From positions 3,467-67,466 of the forward strand of contig CAYRGW010000009.1 of assembly GCA_964423815.1 (NCBI GenBank): DNA of 64,000 bases, in the 5' to 3' direction. Origin of the DNA: an uncultured Solibacteraceae bacterium (lineage in GTDB: Bacteria > Acidobacteriota > Vicinamibacteria > Vicinamibacterales > SCN-69-37). The notes beneath the pieces are model-generated. The model worked only from the letters and a program-made list of their open reading frames with translations. It was not told the origin of the DNA and searched no databases. Each line of letters begins with the position of its first letter. Positions within the stretch are counted from its first letter, which is position 1. Both the position numbers and the translations under genes were made by a program. Below are positions 30,264 to 39,235 of the stretch, piece by piece.

Positions 30264-31840
30264 ACACTCCATCGGAACAGACATCTTTTCACTCGACACG
30301 GGGACGCGTCGTCCTCATCGGTGCAGGCCCCGGGGATCCGGGACTGCTGACCACACGCGGCCACCATGTGCTGGCCGACGCGGATGTGGTGGTCTACGAC
30401 CGCGACGTCGCACGGTTGTTGCGGATTGCGCGGCCGGAAGCGGAACGGATCGAAGTGGGCGCGCCGGCGGAGGGGGCGATGGCCCAGGATGCCATCGCGA
30501 TGCTGGTGGCGGAAAAAGCGCGCGAGGGCAAACTGGTCGCGCGGCTCAAGTTTGGCGATCCGTTCCTGTTCGGCAGCGGCGCCAAAGAGGCGCTGTTTTT
30601 GCACGAGCAGCGTGTGCCGTTTGAAGTGGTGCCCGGTGTGCCACTCGCCATGGGATCGGCGTATGCGGGCGTGCCCATCACGTACCCGGGCGGACAGGAT
30701 GCGCTGGTGTTCCTGCGCGGCCACGAGTCGGCCGGCGAGACCGCGCCGGATGTGGACTGGCGCGCGCTCGCGTCAGTGGACGGCACCATCGCCGCATACA
30801 CCAATGGTCGCCAGGCGGCCGCAATCCTTCAGATGTTGATCAAACATGGCCGGCCCGCCTCACAAAGCGCGGCCCTGATCTATGCGGGCACCCTGCCGCA
30901 GCAGCAGACACTCACCGGCACCCTCGCCGAACTCTCCGCCGCTGCCGAAACGCGCGACGATGCGGCGTTGCTGATTGTGGGTGACGTCGCCGGCCTGCGT
31001 GGGCACTTGCGATGGTTTGACCAGCGGCCGCTCTTCGGGAAACGTATCGTGGTCACACGATCGCGCGAACAGGCCCGTGACCTCGTGGAACTGCTCGAAG
31101 GACTTGGCGCACAGACGATCGAGGCACCGACCTTCCGCCTGGTGCCCGCTGAGGATCCCGAAGCGGTGGATCGTGCGGTCGCCTCGGCAAATCAGTACCA
31201 GTGGATCGTGTTTGAGTCTGGGAATGCGGTCAGCCGCTTCTGTTCGTCGCTCCTGAACGGATCACGCGACCTGCGTGCGCTGGGTGGCGTACGTGTGGCG
31301 GCGATTGGCCCGTCGACGGCCGATCGACTTGAGGCGTTTGGCCTGCGGCCCGACGTGGTGGTGCCGGAGTCGGGCACCGAGGCCACGGCGAATACGATCG
31401 AGGCGAACAGCGCGGACGGCACACTCGCCGGCGCGCGTGTGCTGGTCGTCAGACCCGACCACGGCCGTGTGGAGCAGGCGATCGAAACGCTCGCCTCCGA
31501 ACTGGCGCGTCGCGGCGCGCAGACCACCGACTTGATCGCGTATCGCACGGTGCCCGGTTCGCCGGAATCGGCGGCGTCGCAGGATCTCTATCGACAGTTG
31601 CTCGACGGCACCGTCGACGCGGTGACGTTTACCACGCCGACCGCCGTGCAGCGATTTGTGGATCTGATCGGCCGCGATCAGGCGGCCGACCTGCTCAATC
31701 AGACGGTGGTTGTCGCGATCGGTCCCGTCACGGCCGCCGCGGCGGCCGCGTTGGGGATCGCCGCGCCACAAGTGGCCGAACCCTTCACCGTGTCCGGCAT
31801 GGTCGGCACGTTGGTGAAGGAACTTAGAACCCGATCCTGA
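30260..31840 (+). CDS. cobA: Uroporphyrinogen-III methyltransferase/synthase fusion (CobA-HemD)
   Basis: GAGPGDPGLLT, ADVVVYD, GDPF; HemD part RPLFGKRIVVTR, AIGPST, VTFT. Confidence 0.88.
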   Translation: MNTPSEQTSFHSTRGRVVLIGAGPGDPGLLTTRGHHVLADADVVVYDRDVARLLRIARPEAERIEVGAPAEGAMAQDAIAMLVAEKAREGKLVARLKFGDPFLFGSGAKEALFLHEQRVPFEVVPGVPLAMGSAYAGVPITYPGGQDALVFLRGHESAGETAPDVDWRALASVDGTIAAYTNGRQAAAILQMLIKHGRPASQSAALIYAGTLPQQQTLTGTLAELSAAAETRDDAALLIVGDVAGLRGHLRWFDQRPLFGKRIVVTRSREQARDLVELLEGLGAQTIEAPTFRLVPAEDPEAVDRAVASANQYQWIVFESGNAVSRFCSSLLNGSRDLRALGGVRVAAIGPSTADRLEAFGLRPDVVVPESGTEATANTIEANSADGTLAGARVLVVRPDHGRVEQAIETLASELARRGAQTTDLIAYRTVPGSPESAASQDLYRQLLDGTVDAVTFTTPTAVQRFVDLIGRDQAADLLNQTVVVAIGPVTAAAAAALGIAAPQVAEPFTVSGMVGTLVKELRTRS

Positions 31841-33785
31841 CGCCCGCGTTGATCGTGCGCCCGTCGAGCGGCGCCCAGGCACTCACCGCACGTTTGCCCA
31901 ACACGGTGGGTGTCGGCAACAGCAGCGGGTTGTAATCGGACTGACGCACGTTGGTCAGATTCTCGAGATTCACAAACGCACGCACACGGCCAAACCGCCG
32001 CTCCGCGAGCATCCCGATAATCGTGTACGGTTCGCTCTCCTCGCGGTACGGGTTGCCCTCAAGCCTCTGCCGTCCCGTGAAGTAGAACTCGAAGCCCACA
32101 CGCGCCGTGCCGTGGTGTTCCCACGCCGCAATCAAGCCAAACGTCTGTCGCGGAGTCAACGGGACATCGACCCGTGATCGCGCGACGTCGCCGCCCTCGG
32201 TGGCGCTCAGCCAGGTCTGGGTGGCGGTCGCCACCCAGGGGCCGCGGCGCACACGGGCAAACGCCTCGACGCCATGGATCTTGATCGCACTGCCGGCCTG
32301 CGTGGCGTTAAAGACCTCAAGGCGTGTACCTCGATCGGTCCGGATGGCCGTGATCACGGGATCGTGCACGACGGCCGCAAACCCCGTGACTGAGACCGAC
32401 AACGGACCAAACTCACGGGTCACGTCGAGTGACGCCGACTCGGCGGTCTCCGCTTTGGTCGGCGTCAGCCGGCCAGTCCGGTGGATGCCCACCTCCTCGA
32501 CCTCATCAACAAACATCGTTGGCGCAAATGCGCCGCGACCAGCCGACAGTCGCACGTCCCATGGTGACGGGCGCCAGCGCACGGTCGCGCGGGGACTCCA
32601 CAACAGACCGTACTCACTGTGCAGGTCCACCCGACCACTGATCGACATCGTGGCGTTGTCCGACATCGTCACGTCGTCCTGGAAAAACAGCGAGGGTGTG
32701 GTCCAGGTGTAGTTGTCACCACCAATCCGTCCGCGGCGATACCACTGCGCGTCAAATCCTCCGCCGGCCACAAACGTGTGCGCTCCACGCGACCAGAGCA
32801 TCGATCCTTCCACCATCGCGGATTCGTGCCGGTCGTTGTATTCGATCAGGCCGAAGCCGGTCTGTCCGTAGCCGTGCCCATGCGCGAGGCGGACGTAGAC
32901 GGCTTTGGCCACGGCGATGCCGCTGCCGACAGGGCGTCGCCCGGTGGCACCAAAGTCCACACGGTCGGTGTTGATCGACTGACGCCCCTCAATGTCGGTG
33001 ATCAAACCACCGCGGCGGCGCTCGGTGGTCACACCTGCGGTCATGTCGAGTGTGCCGGCACCCGTGGTGAACGACAACTTCGGCCGGGTCACAAATCTCT
33101 GATACCGCGGCAGGTCCGCCCACCCATCGTCATCCACGTCTTCGGCCGTCTGTGCGTGCGCCCCGGTGAGCCAGGTATACCCGAGCGTCGGGGATACGGG
33201 GCCCGATGCCCACAACACCGCGTCCAGGCCCGAGCGCGTCGTGGCGTTGAGCAACAACTCCCCTTCGTGCTCCGGTGTGGGACGACGGGTGACGAGGTTG
33301 ATGACGCCGCCCAGTGCGGAGGGGCCGTACAGTGCGGAGGCGGCGCCTTTGATGACTTCCACCTGCTGCAGGTCCATCGGAGGAATCTGCAGGAGTCCGA
33401 CGGACGCGACCTGGGTGCCGTTGATGGGCAACCCATCGGTCAACACGGCGGTGAAGCGGCCGGGCATCCCCTGCACACGCACCGCGGCCGCGCCCAGGGC
33501 GGGCGAGGTCGGCTGCAGCCGGATGCCGCTCGTCTCGTTGAGCAACATCGCGATGTCCCCGGGGGTCATCAGCAGCTTTTCTTCAATCTCCTCACGGTTC
33601 ACCACTTCCACGCGCACGACCTGGTCGGCCGCGAGCCGTCCGGTGCGGGTGGCGGTGACAAATATTTCCTCTTCCACCTCCACAACAGGCGGCTGTGCCG
33701 GTGCCGGTTTCGCCGGGGGTTGCGGCGGGGGCACCTGGGGCTGTTGGAGCACAAACACCAGAAACGACGCGAGAAGCCAATCCAT
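31824..33785 (-). CDS. TonB-dependent receptor
   Basis: IFVTATRT, VEVIKGAASALYG..LGGVIN plug, ENLTN, terminal Phe. Confidence 0.92.
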   Translation of the reverse strand: MDWLLASFLVFVLQQPQVPPPQPPAKPAPAQPPVVEVEEEIFVTATRTGRLAADQVVRVEVVNREEIEEKLLMTPGDIAMLLNETSGIRLQPTSPALGAAAVRVQGMPGRFTAVLTDGLPINGTQVASVGLLQIPPMDLQQVEVIKGAASALYGPSALGGVINLVTRRPTPEHEGELLLNATTRSGLDAVLWASGPVSPTLGYTWLTGAHAQTAEDVDDDGWADLPRYQRFVTRPKLSFTTGAGTLDMTAGVTTERRRGGLITDIEGRQSINTDRVDFGATGRRPVGSGIAVAKAVYVRLAHGHGYGQTGFGLIEYNDRHESAMVEGSMLWSRGAHTFVAGGGFDAQWYRRGRIGGDNYTWTTPSLFFQDDVTMSDNATMSISGRVDLHSEYGLLWSPRATVRWRPSPWDVRLSAGRGAFAPTMFVDEVEEVGIHRTGRLTPTKAETAESASLDVTREFGPLSVSVTGFAAVVHDPVITAIRTDRGTRLEVFNATQAGSAIKIHGVEAFARVRRGPWVATATQTWLSATEGGDVARSRVDVPLTPRQTFGLIAAWEHHGTARVGFEFYFTGRQRLEGNPYREESEPYTIIGMLAERRFGRVRAFVNLENLTNVRQSDYNPLLLPTPTVLGKRAVSAWAPLDGRTINAGVRIGF

Positions 33786-33806
33786 AGGTTGAGATAGGAT
33801 GCCACG

Positions 33807-34673
33807 ATGTCAACGGCACTGGGTGCATTCCTGGAGGGGTGGCGGCGGGCGCTGCGCGCACCAGCGGTGACGATCGGCCTTGCGGCCATGACAGTTTTGA
33901 TGGCGGTCGTGTTTGATCGATCACTCGACGACCTCCGGACGTACCGACCGCAGACCCCACTGACGGGTGACCAGCTCCGATCGCTCAGCGCGTACGTGTT
34001 CATCTGGATGTTCCTGACGGGCGGCATCCTCGATCGATTGGCGCGCGCGCGGCCGGTTCGAACGGCGGCATTTTTTTCGGCCTGTGGTGAATACGGCGTA
34101 CGGTTTCTCCGCCTCGGGCTGATCATCGGCCCGCTGTATTGGGCGGTGTGTGCGTGGCTGTATCCGTACCTGTTCGGCACGATCTGGGGTCGGTGGGTCA
34201 ACGACCTCACGACCCAGCGTGATGCGATCACCGTCCGCGTGGTGTTGTACGTGATTCTGGTCCTTGTACTCGTCGTAATCGGCCTGATCAGCGCCTACGC
34301 GCAGGTCCGCACCGTCGTCGAGGATCGTCGCAGCATGCTGGGGACGGTCGGGGCGGCCATTCGATTCATCCGGCGTCGCCCGTTGCGGATCCTGGGCCTG
34401 CAGTTCCTGAACGTGTTTGGCGTCGCCGCCGTGGCGCGCCTCTGGTACAGCGCGGCGCCGGGTCCTGGCGATTCGGACGTGTACACGTTTTTTGTCACCC
34501 TCCTCTTTGTGGTGCTGTTTGTCTGGGCCCGGATGGCATGGATGGCCGCCGAGGTGGTTTTCTTCCAGGGAGAACTGGCGCACGCCACGTATACCGCGGC
34601 GCCGTTGCCCACGTGGCCTGATTCACCGGCGGCCGAAGCGCTGGAGAATCTCACCAAACGGTCGAACCTGTAA
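33807..34673 (+). CDS. Hypothetical membrane protein
   Basis: Multiple TM segments; fills the gap between the TBDR and nadE. Confidence 0.7.
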   Translation: MSTALGAFLEGWRRALRAPAVTIGLAAMTVLMAVVFDRSLDDLRTYRPQTPLTGDQLRSLSAYVFIWMFLTGGILDRLARARPVRTAAFFSACGEYGVRFLRLGLIIGPLYWAVCAWLYPYLFGTIWGRWVNDLTTQRDAITVRVVLYVILVLVLVVIGLISAYAQVRTVVEDRRSMLGTVGAAIRFIRRRPLRILGLQFLNVFGVAAVARLWYSAAPGPGDSDVYTFFVTLLFVVLFVWARMAWMAAEVVFFQGELAHATYTAAPLPTWPDSPAAEALENLTKRSNL

Positions 34674-34685
34674 TAATTGAGCGGT

Positions 34686-35444
34686 ATGTCCTCCGACCGC
34701 GCACACCTCATCGTCCAGTGGCTTCGTGACCGCGCGCAGGATGCCGGCGCGCATGGATTTGTGATTGGGCTCAGTGGCGGGATCGACTCGGCCGTGGTGG
34801 CGCGGTTGTGCCAGATGGCGACACCGAACCGGGTGCTGGGGGTGATCCTGCCGTGTTACAGCAACGTGCAGGACGAGTCCGATGCCTTGTTGCTCGCCAG
34901 GACGTTTGGCATCCCCACCGCGCGTGTGGACCTGTCACCGACGTTCGACACGTTGACGGGCGAACTGCATGGCGCCGTCAAGGGACTGCCGCAGTCGGTG
35001 CACGTCACCGACATCAAACAGCAGATGCCGGAGGCGAACATCAAGCCGCGCCTGCGGATGACGTCGCTGTATTTCATCGCCAACTCGCTCAACTACCTGG
35101 TGGCCGGCACGGGCAACCGGTGTGAGTTGTCGATTGGCTACTTCACCAAATATGGCGATGGCGGCAGCGACGTGTTGCCGATTGGCAACCTGCTCAAGAG
35201 TGAGGTGCGCACGTTTGCGCAACAACTCGGCGTGCCCGCCCCCATCATCACCAAAGCGCCGACCGCAGGGCTGTGGATCGGCCAGACGGATGAAGCCGAG
35301 ATGGGCTTTACGTACGACATGCTCGAGGCGTTCCTGACCAATGGCGCGTCAGCGGTCCCTCCCCACGTCGCCCAACGTATCGAGTCGCTGCACAACGGCT
35401 CCGCGCACAAACGCAAAACCGCCCCGATTCCGCACGACCTCTGA
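34686..35444 (+). CDS. nadE: NH3-dependent NAD+ synthetase
   Basis: GLSGGIDS, NIKPRLRM, GYFTKYGDG, PTAGLW.GQTDE. Confidence 0.95.
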   Translation: MSSDRAHLIVQWLRDRAQDAGAHGFVIGLSGGIDSAVVARLCQMATPNRVLGVILPCYSNVQDESDALLLARTFGIPTARVDLSPTFDTLTGELHGAVKGLPQSVHVTDIKQQMPEANIKPRLRMTSLYFIANSLNYLVAGTGNRCELSIGYFTKYGDGGSDVLPIGNLLKSEVRTFAQQLGVPAPIITKAPTAGLWIGQTDEAEMGFTYDMLEAFLTNGASAVPPHVAQRIESLHNGSAHKRKTAPIPHDL

Positions 35445-35449
35445 GGTCA

Positions 35450-38404
35450 TTATCTGACGCCGTGGGAGCGGCGGGGTTCGGCGCCGCCTTCGACGGTGCC
35501 TTTGGCGGCGTTCACCAGCGCGACGGCCGCGTAGCCCTGGCCCACTTCGCCCTTGCGCGCGATCTTCGCGAACGAGTGGCCCATGGCTTCGAGCTTCTCA
35601 AGCAGTGTGCGCGGGAACCGATCCTCGATCTGCACACGTGAGCCGGTGGCGGCATTCCCGATGAGCATGCGCGGCGCTTCAATTGCGCGCTGTGCCCCGA
35701 GCCCCCCATCAACGACATTCAGGATGATGTTGTAGACTGACGCGGGAATCCACGCGTTGCCGGCCGCACCCACGGCGAGGCGCGGCGTAAAACCCGGGAT
35801 GCCGTAGCTGCCGGGATCAACCTCACTCGGGGCAAACAGCAACGTCGGCACACTCGTCGACGAGTGGCGCTGCAACGGCAACATCGATCCGTACCCGCTG
35901 CCGCGGCCACCGCGGAAGTGATCGTTGTACAAGAACCCAAGCCCCTTCGAGACGTAGAAGTTGCCGCCCCAGGTGGACAACGTCTGCGTGATCGCCACCA
36001 TGTTGCCGTCGGCATCGGCGGCGGCAAAGGACGTCGTACCTGTCTGGATCTCAGTGGTCCAGGGTTCAACGGTCCAGGGTCCAGGGTCCGCGGAGGCTGG
36101 CGCCACGACTCCCGGCGCCGGGGCGCCGCCGCGGCCGCGGCCACCGCCCTGCGGCACGATGTACGCCTTCGCAGGATTGATCAGCTTGAAACGCTCGAGT
36201 GCGTGGCCAGGCTCGAGGTGATTACCGAGGTTGATCGGCCACCGCTCGGGATCGGCGATCTGCGCACCACCATCACGCACGCGCCACGCTTCAATCGCGT
36301 AGTGCGCATAGTCCACATCGTTGGCCACCGTGGCGCCGGGCTTCGGTGTGTAGTTGTCGAGAATCTGCAGCGTCTCTATGAGCGTCAGCCCGTTGGACAC
36401 GGGAGGCGGCACGGAATACACGAGGTGCCCGCGATATTTACCCGCGAGTGGTTTGCGCTCCATCGCGCGATATTGCGCGAGATCTTCCAGCGACAGGATG
36501 CCGCCATTGGCCGCCATGTCATCCACAATCCGTTTTGCAATGCTGCCACGGTAAAACGACTGGCCGCCTTCTTTCGCCAGCACCTTCAGCGTCTCGGCGT
36601 AGTCCGTATTAATGAACCGATCACCACGTTTGGGCACCTTGCCGCCGGGCAGATAGATCTTCGCCGCCTCGGGGTATTTCGCGAGACGATCCCGACCCGT
36701 GGCAATGGTCGTCGGCAACGCGTCATCGAGGATGTATCCCTTCTCGGCCAGCTCAATGGCCGGCGCGAGGATCTGCTCCCACGTCACCTTCTTGCTGCCG
36801 TATTTCTGAAACAGCAGATCAAGTCCGGCGACAACGCCTGGGATGTTCGCGACGGTGGGACCGTCGGTGGCGGTGCGTTGCCCGTTCGGTCCAAAAATCT
36901 TCGGATTGTCGAAGGTCGCCCGCGCGGGCGTCATGTCCTTGTATTCAATGACCACGGGCTCGGACATGCCCTTGAGGAAAAGGATCGCCTGCCCATCCCC
37001 GCCAATCCCCGATGCATCGGGTTCGACCACACCAAGCGCAAATGACGTGGCGACAATCGCGTCCACGATGTTGCCCCCGAGTTCGAGCATACGTGCCCCG
37101 GCGGCCGACGCGAGTGGATGACCCGACGAAATCACGCCGGTGGTTTTTTCGACCGCGGGTTTGATGAGGGGCTGCTCCGCCACCATCAGATCCACGACGT
37201 CTTCGACGTCACGCGCGGATTTTGCCGCGAGTGCGGCAGGACGATGTTTTGCGCGGAGCGTGTCCCAGGCGGCGGCTGACGCCCCCTCGGTGTAATACAG
37301 CGACTTGAGCGTCTGCCACACACGATCAAACTGTCCGACCCACTGCCCTGCCGAGACGCCGGGTGCCGCCAACGCCCGCGCTTCGTCATCGACGGGTCGC
37401 GGTGCCGCCACACGCCAGAGGCGCAGCGTCTCCGCATCAACAAACGCGGCCGGCGCGTCGTCATCATTCCGATCGGGATTGCCGTTGTAGGCACCTCCGG
37501 GTGCCGGCTCGGTCGCGATCAGCATGGTGGTGCCGTCGGGTGACCATGCGGAGACGCCGGCGTGTCGGGACGCAAGTTGTGTCAGCGGCAGTTGGGTCCC
37601 GGCGCCACCGCCGCGACCAGCAGGCCCACCCGCGCGGCCAGCGGCAGGTGCGGGCGCGGGCACGGACACATCGGCGACCCAGACGCCGGCCCCCTGACCG
37701 GTGCGCGACGCGGCAAACGACACACGCACGCTGTCGGGCGCCCACGCGGGCCAGCGTTCAAATCCGCCACCACGTGTGACGCGCACGGCCGGGGCGTCCC
37801 CCTCGAGCGCGCGCACAAACACATCCACCGTGTCGCCGGTGTCGAGATCGCGATCAGAGAGGAACACCACACGTTTGCCGTCGGGCGACACGCGGCCGAA
37901 CCACTCGCTGTTGTCGTCGGGTGTGACCTTTGTGGGCGTGCCGCTCCCGTCCGCGTTCACCGTCGCCAGATGCCAGGCGGGGCCACCGTCACGGTGCGAG
38001 ATCAACAACCGGCCGTCACGCGTCCACGACGGCCAGCGTTCGTCACCGGGCAGTGACGTCACCTTCCGCGCCGCGCCGCCGCCGGCCGGCGCCACGTACA
38101 CGTCGAACGATCCGTTGGTGTCGGCGGCAAACGCGATCTGTTTTCCATCGGGGGACCACGCCGGGTCCCGTTCACTGATCCACGCGGCGTCTGCTGTCAC
38201 GACACGTTTGGCGTCGCGCCCGTCGGGGGTCATCGTCCACACCCGTTCCAGCCACGACACGGCGATGCGGCGACCATCGGGCGCAAAGGCCGGGTCGCGC
38301 ATGCCGGTCAGCGCGACGGGCGTCTGCGCGGAGAACGCGGTGGCAACAAATGTAGCAACAGCGGCCAGGCCGCACGTAATACGGAGCAATCGGGCACCAG
38401 ACAT
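35450..38404 (-). CDS. PD40/TolB propeller + tricorn C1-like helix + gamma-glutamyltransferase fusion
   Basis: PAWSPDG repeats; GGT motifs GGNIVDA, VVEP.ASGIGG, IPG.VAG, TTSF nucleophile. ATG at 38404 with a signal peptide. Confidence 0.88.
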   Translation of the reverse strand: MSGARLLRITCGLAAVATFVATAFSAQTPVALTGMRDPAFAPDGRRIAVSWLERVWTMTPDGRDAKRVVTADAAWISERDPAWSPDGKQIAFAADTNGSFDVYVAPAGGGAARKVTSLPGDERWPSWTRDGRLLISHRDGGPAWHLATVNADGSGTPTKVTPDDNSEWFGRVSPDGKRVVFLSDRDLDTGDTVDVFVRALEGDAPAVRVTRGGGFERWPAWAPDSVRVSFAASRTGQGAGVWVADVSVPAPAPAAGRAGGPAGRGGGAGTQLPLTQLASRHAGVSAWSPDGTTMLIATEPAPGGAYNGNPDRNDDDAPAAFVDAETLRLWRVAAPRPVDDEARALAAPGVSAGQWVGQFDRVWQTLKSLYYTEGASAAAWDTLRAKHRPAALAAKSARDVEDVVDLMVAEQPLIKPAVEKTTGVISSGHPLASAAGARMLELGGNIVDAIVATSFALGVVEPDASGIGGDGQAILFLKGMSEPVVIEYKDMTPARATFDNPKIFGPNGQRTATDGPTVANIPGVVAGLDLLFQKYGSKKVTWEQILAPAIELAEKGYILDDALPTTIATGRDRLAKYPEAAKIYLPGGKVPKRGDRFINTDYAETLKVLAKEGGQSFYRGSIAKRIVDDMAANGGILSLEDLAQYRAMERKPLAGKYRGHLVYSVPPPVSNGLTLIETLQILDNYTPKPGATVANDVDYAHYAIEAWRVRDGGAQIADPERWPINLGNHLEPGHALERFKLINPAKAYIVPQGGGRGRGGAPAPGVVAPASADPGPWTVEPWTTEIQTGTTSFAAADADGNMVAITQTLSTWGGNFYVSKGLGFLYNDHFRGGRGSGYGSMLPLQRHSSTSVPTLLFAPSEVDPGSYGIPGFTPRLAVGAAGNAWIPASVYNIILNVVDGGLGAQRAIEAPRMLIGNAATGSRVQIEDRFPRTLLEKLEAMGHSFAKIARKGEVGQGYAAVALVNAAKGTVEGGAEPRRSHGVR
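36054..36093. repeat. GGTCCAG heptamer repeat inside the GGT CDS
   Basis: gtggtccagggttcaacggtccagggtccagggtccgcgg; family members at 62057 and 63029. Confidence 0.75.
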
Positions 38405-38415
38405 GCCCTGCATGA

Positions 38416-38478
38416 TAGGACGTCGGGTGTCTTTTTCCGCACTAAGCGATGCAGAAAAAGACACCCGACGTCTTAGAC
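38416..38478. repeat. Long palindrome family P, copy 3
   Basis: GACGTCGGGTGTCTTTTT-CCGCACTAAGCGATGCAG-AAAAAGACACCCGACGTC-TTAGAC. Confidence 0.9.
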
Positions 38479-38487
38479 ACAGAGGAA

Positions 38488-38895
38488 CTACTCGACCCGT
38501 CCAGCGCGCACGAGGTGCAGCAGATCGACAAGCCCCGCGGACACGAGGCGACCAGGCGCGAGCGCCACCAGGAAAAACGCCTGCATCCGATTGATGTTGT
38601 CCGTGAAACGCAGCGGATGATTGATCGGCGTGCCCCAGAGGCCGATGTTGGACATATCCGGCCGGGGCGCTGCCGCGTACGCGAGCGCCAGGTAGAGCAC
38701 GGTGAACACGCCGGCCGTCAGTCGATCATCGGTGTTCGGCCAGCCACTCGCCACGTACCAGATCCACGCCGCGAGCAGAACGAGCGCCAGCAGTCCCCGA
38801 TACAGCCCGGCATGTCCAGTCCAACGCTCCGGCGGTCCATCCACACGACCCACCGGACCGGGATTGCGGCGTTCGAAAAGCCACTCAAACAGCAT
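38488..38895 (-). CDS. Hypothetical membrane protein
   Basis: Three hydrophobic segments; only plausible ORF in the gap. Confidence 0.6.
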   Translation of the reverse strand: MLFEWLFERRNPGPVGRVDGPPERWTGHAGLYRGLLALVLLAAWIWYVASGWPNTDDRLTAGVFTVLYLALAYAAAPRPDMSNIGLWGTPINHPLRFTDNINRMQAFFLVALAPGRLVSAGLVDLLHLVRAGRVE

Positions 38896-38949
38896 GGTCC
38901 CGGATTGGACGATGGCAGGGTCTGACTTTGTTCACAGTGATCAGCGTTG

Positions 38950-39218
38950 AAGAGCTGTGAGAATTTTCAACATGTAGGGCCATGGAGTTCCATGAAGGGT
39001 GAGGGCTGGGTGCCGCCTTCGGCGGCATGGGTGATCGGAGGGAAACCGTAGACGAGAATCCCTTGGCGAAAATCGAGAGGGACTCTCGTCTGCGGTTTCC
39101 CTCCGATCACCCTGGCCCGGCGGAACGCCGGGCTCCCAGCCCTGCGTCTCCGTGTCTCCGTGACTCCCTGTGAATCTGTTCTTCCCCCATGGAACCCTAT
39201 GGTCCCCATGTTGAAAAA
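38950..39218 (-). repeat. Four-way-junction structured element, copy B, with TTTCAACATG termini (MITE/REPIN-like)
   Basis: Closing stem AGGGCTGGG/CCCAGCCCT, hairpins TGCCGCC-TTC-GGCGGCA and GCCCGGCG-GAA-CGCCGGGC, 35-bp hairpin 39029-39112; terminal IR at 38965/39216. Confidence 0.82.
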
Positions 39219-39235
39219 ATCAGCTGGGCGAGCGA

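Noticed and set aside
38405-38464. Extended GGT start from the ORF track
   Set aside because: It reads through palindrome copy 3; the signal peptide and -10 box support ATG 38404.
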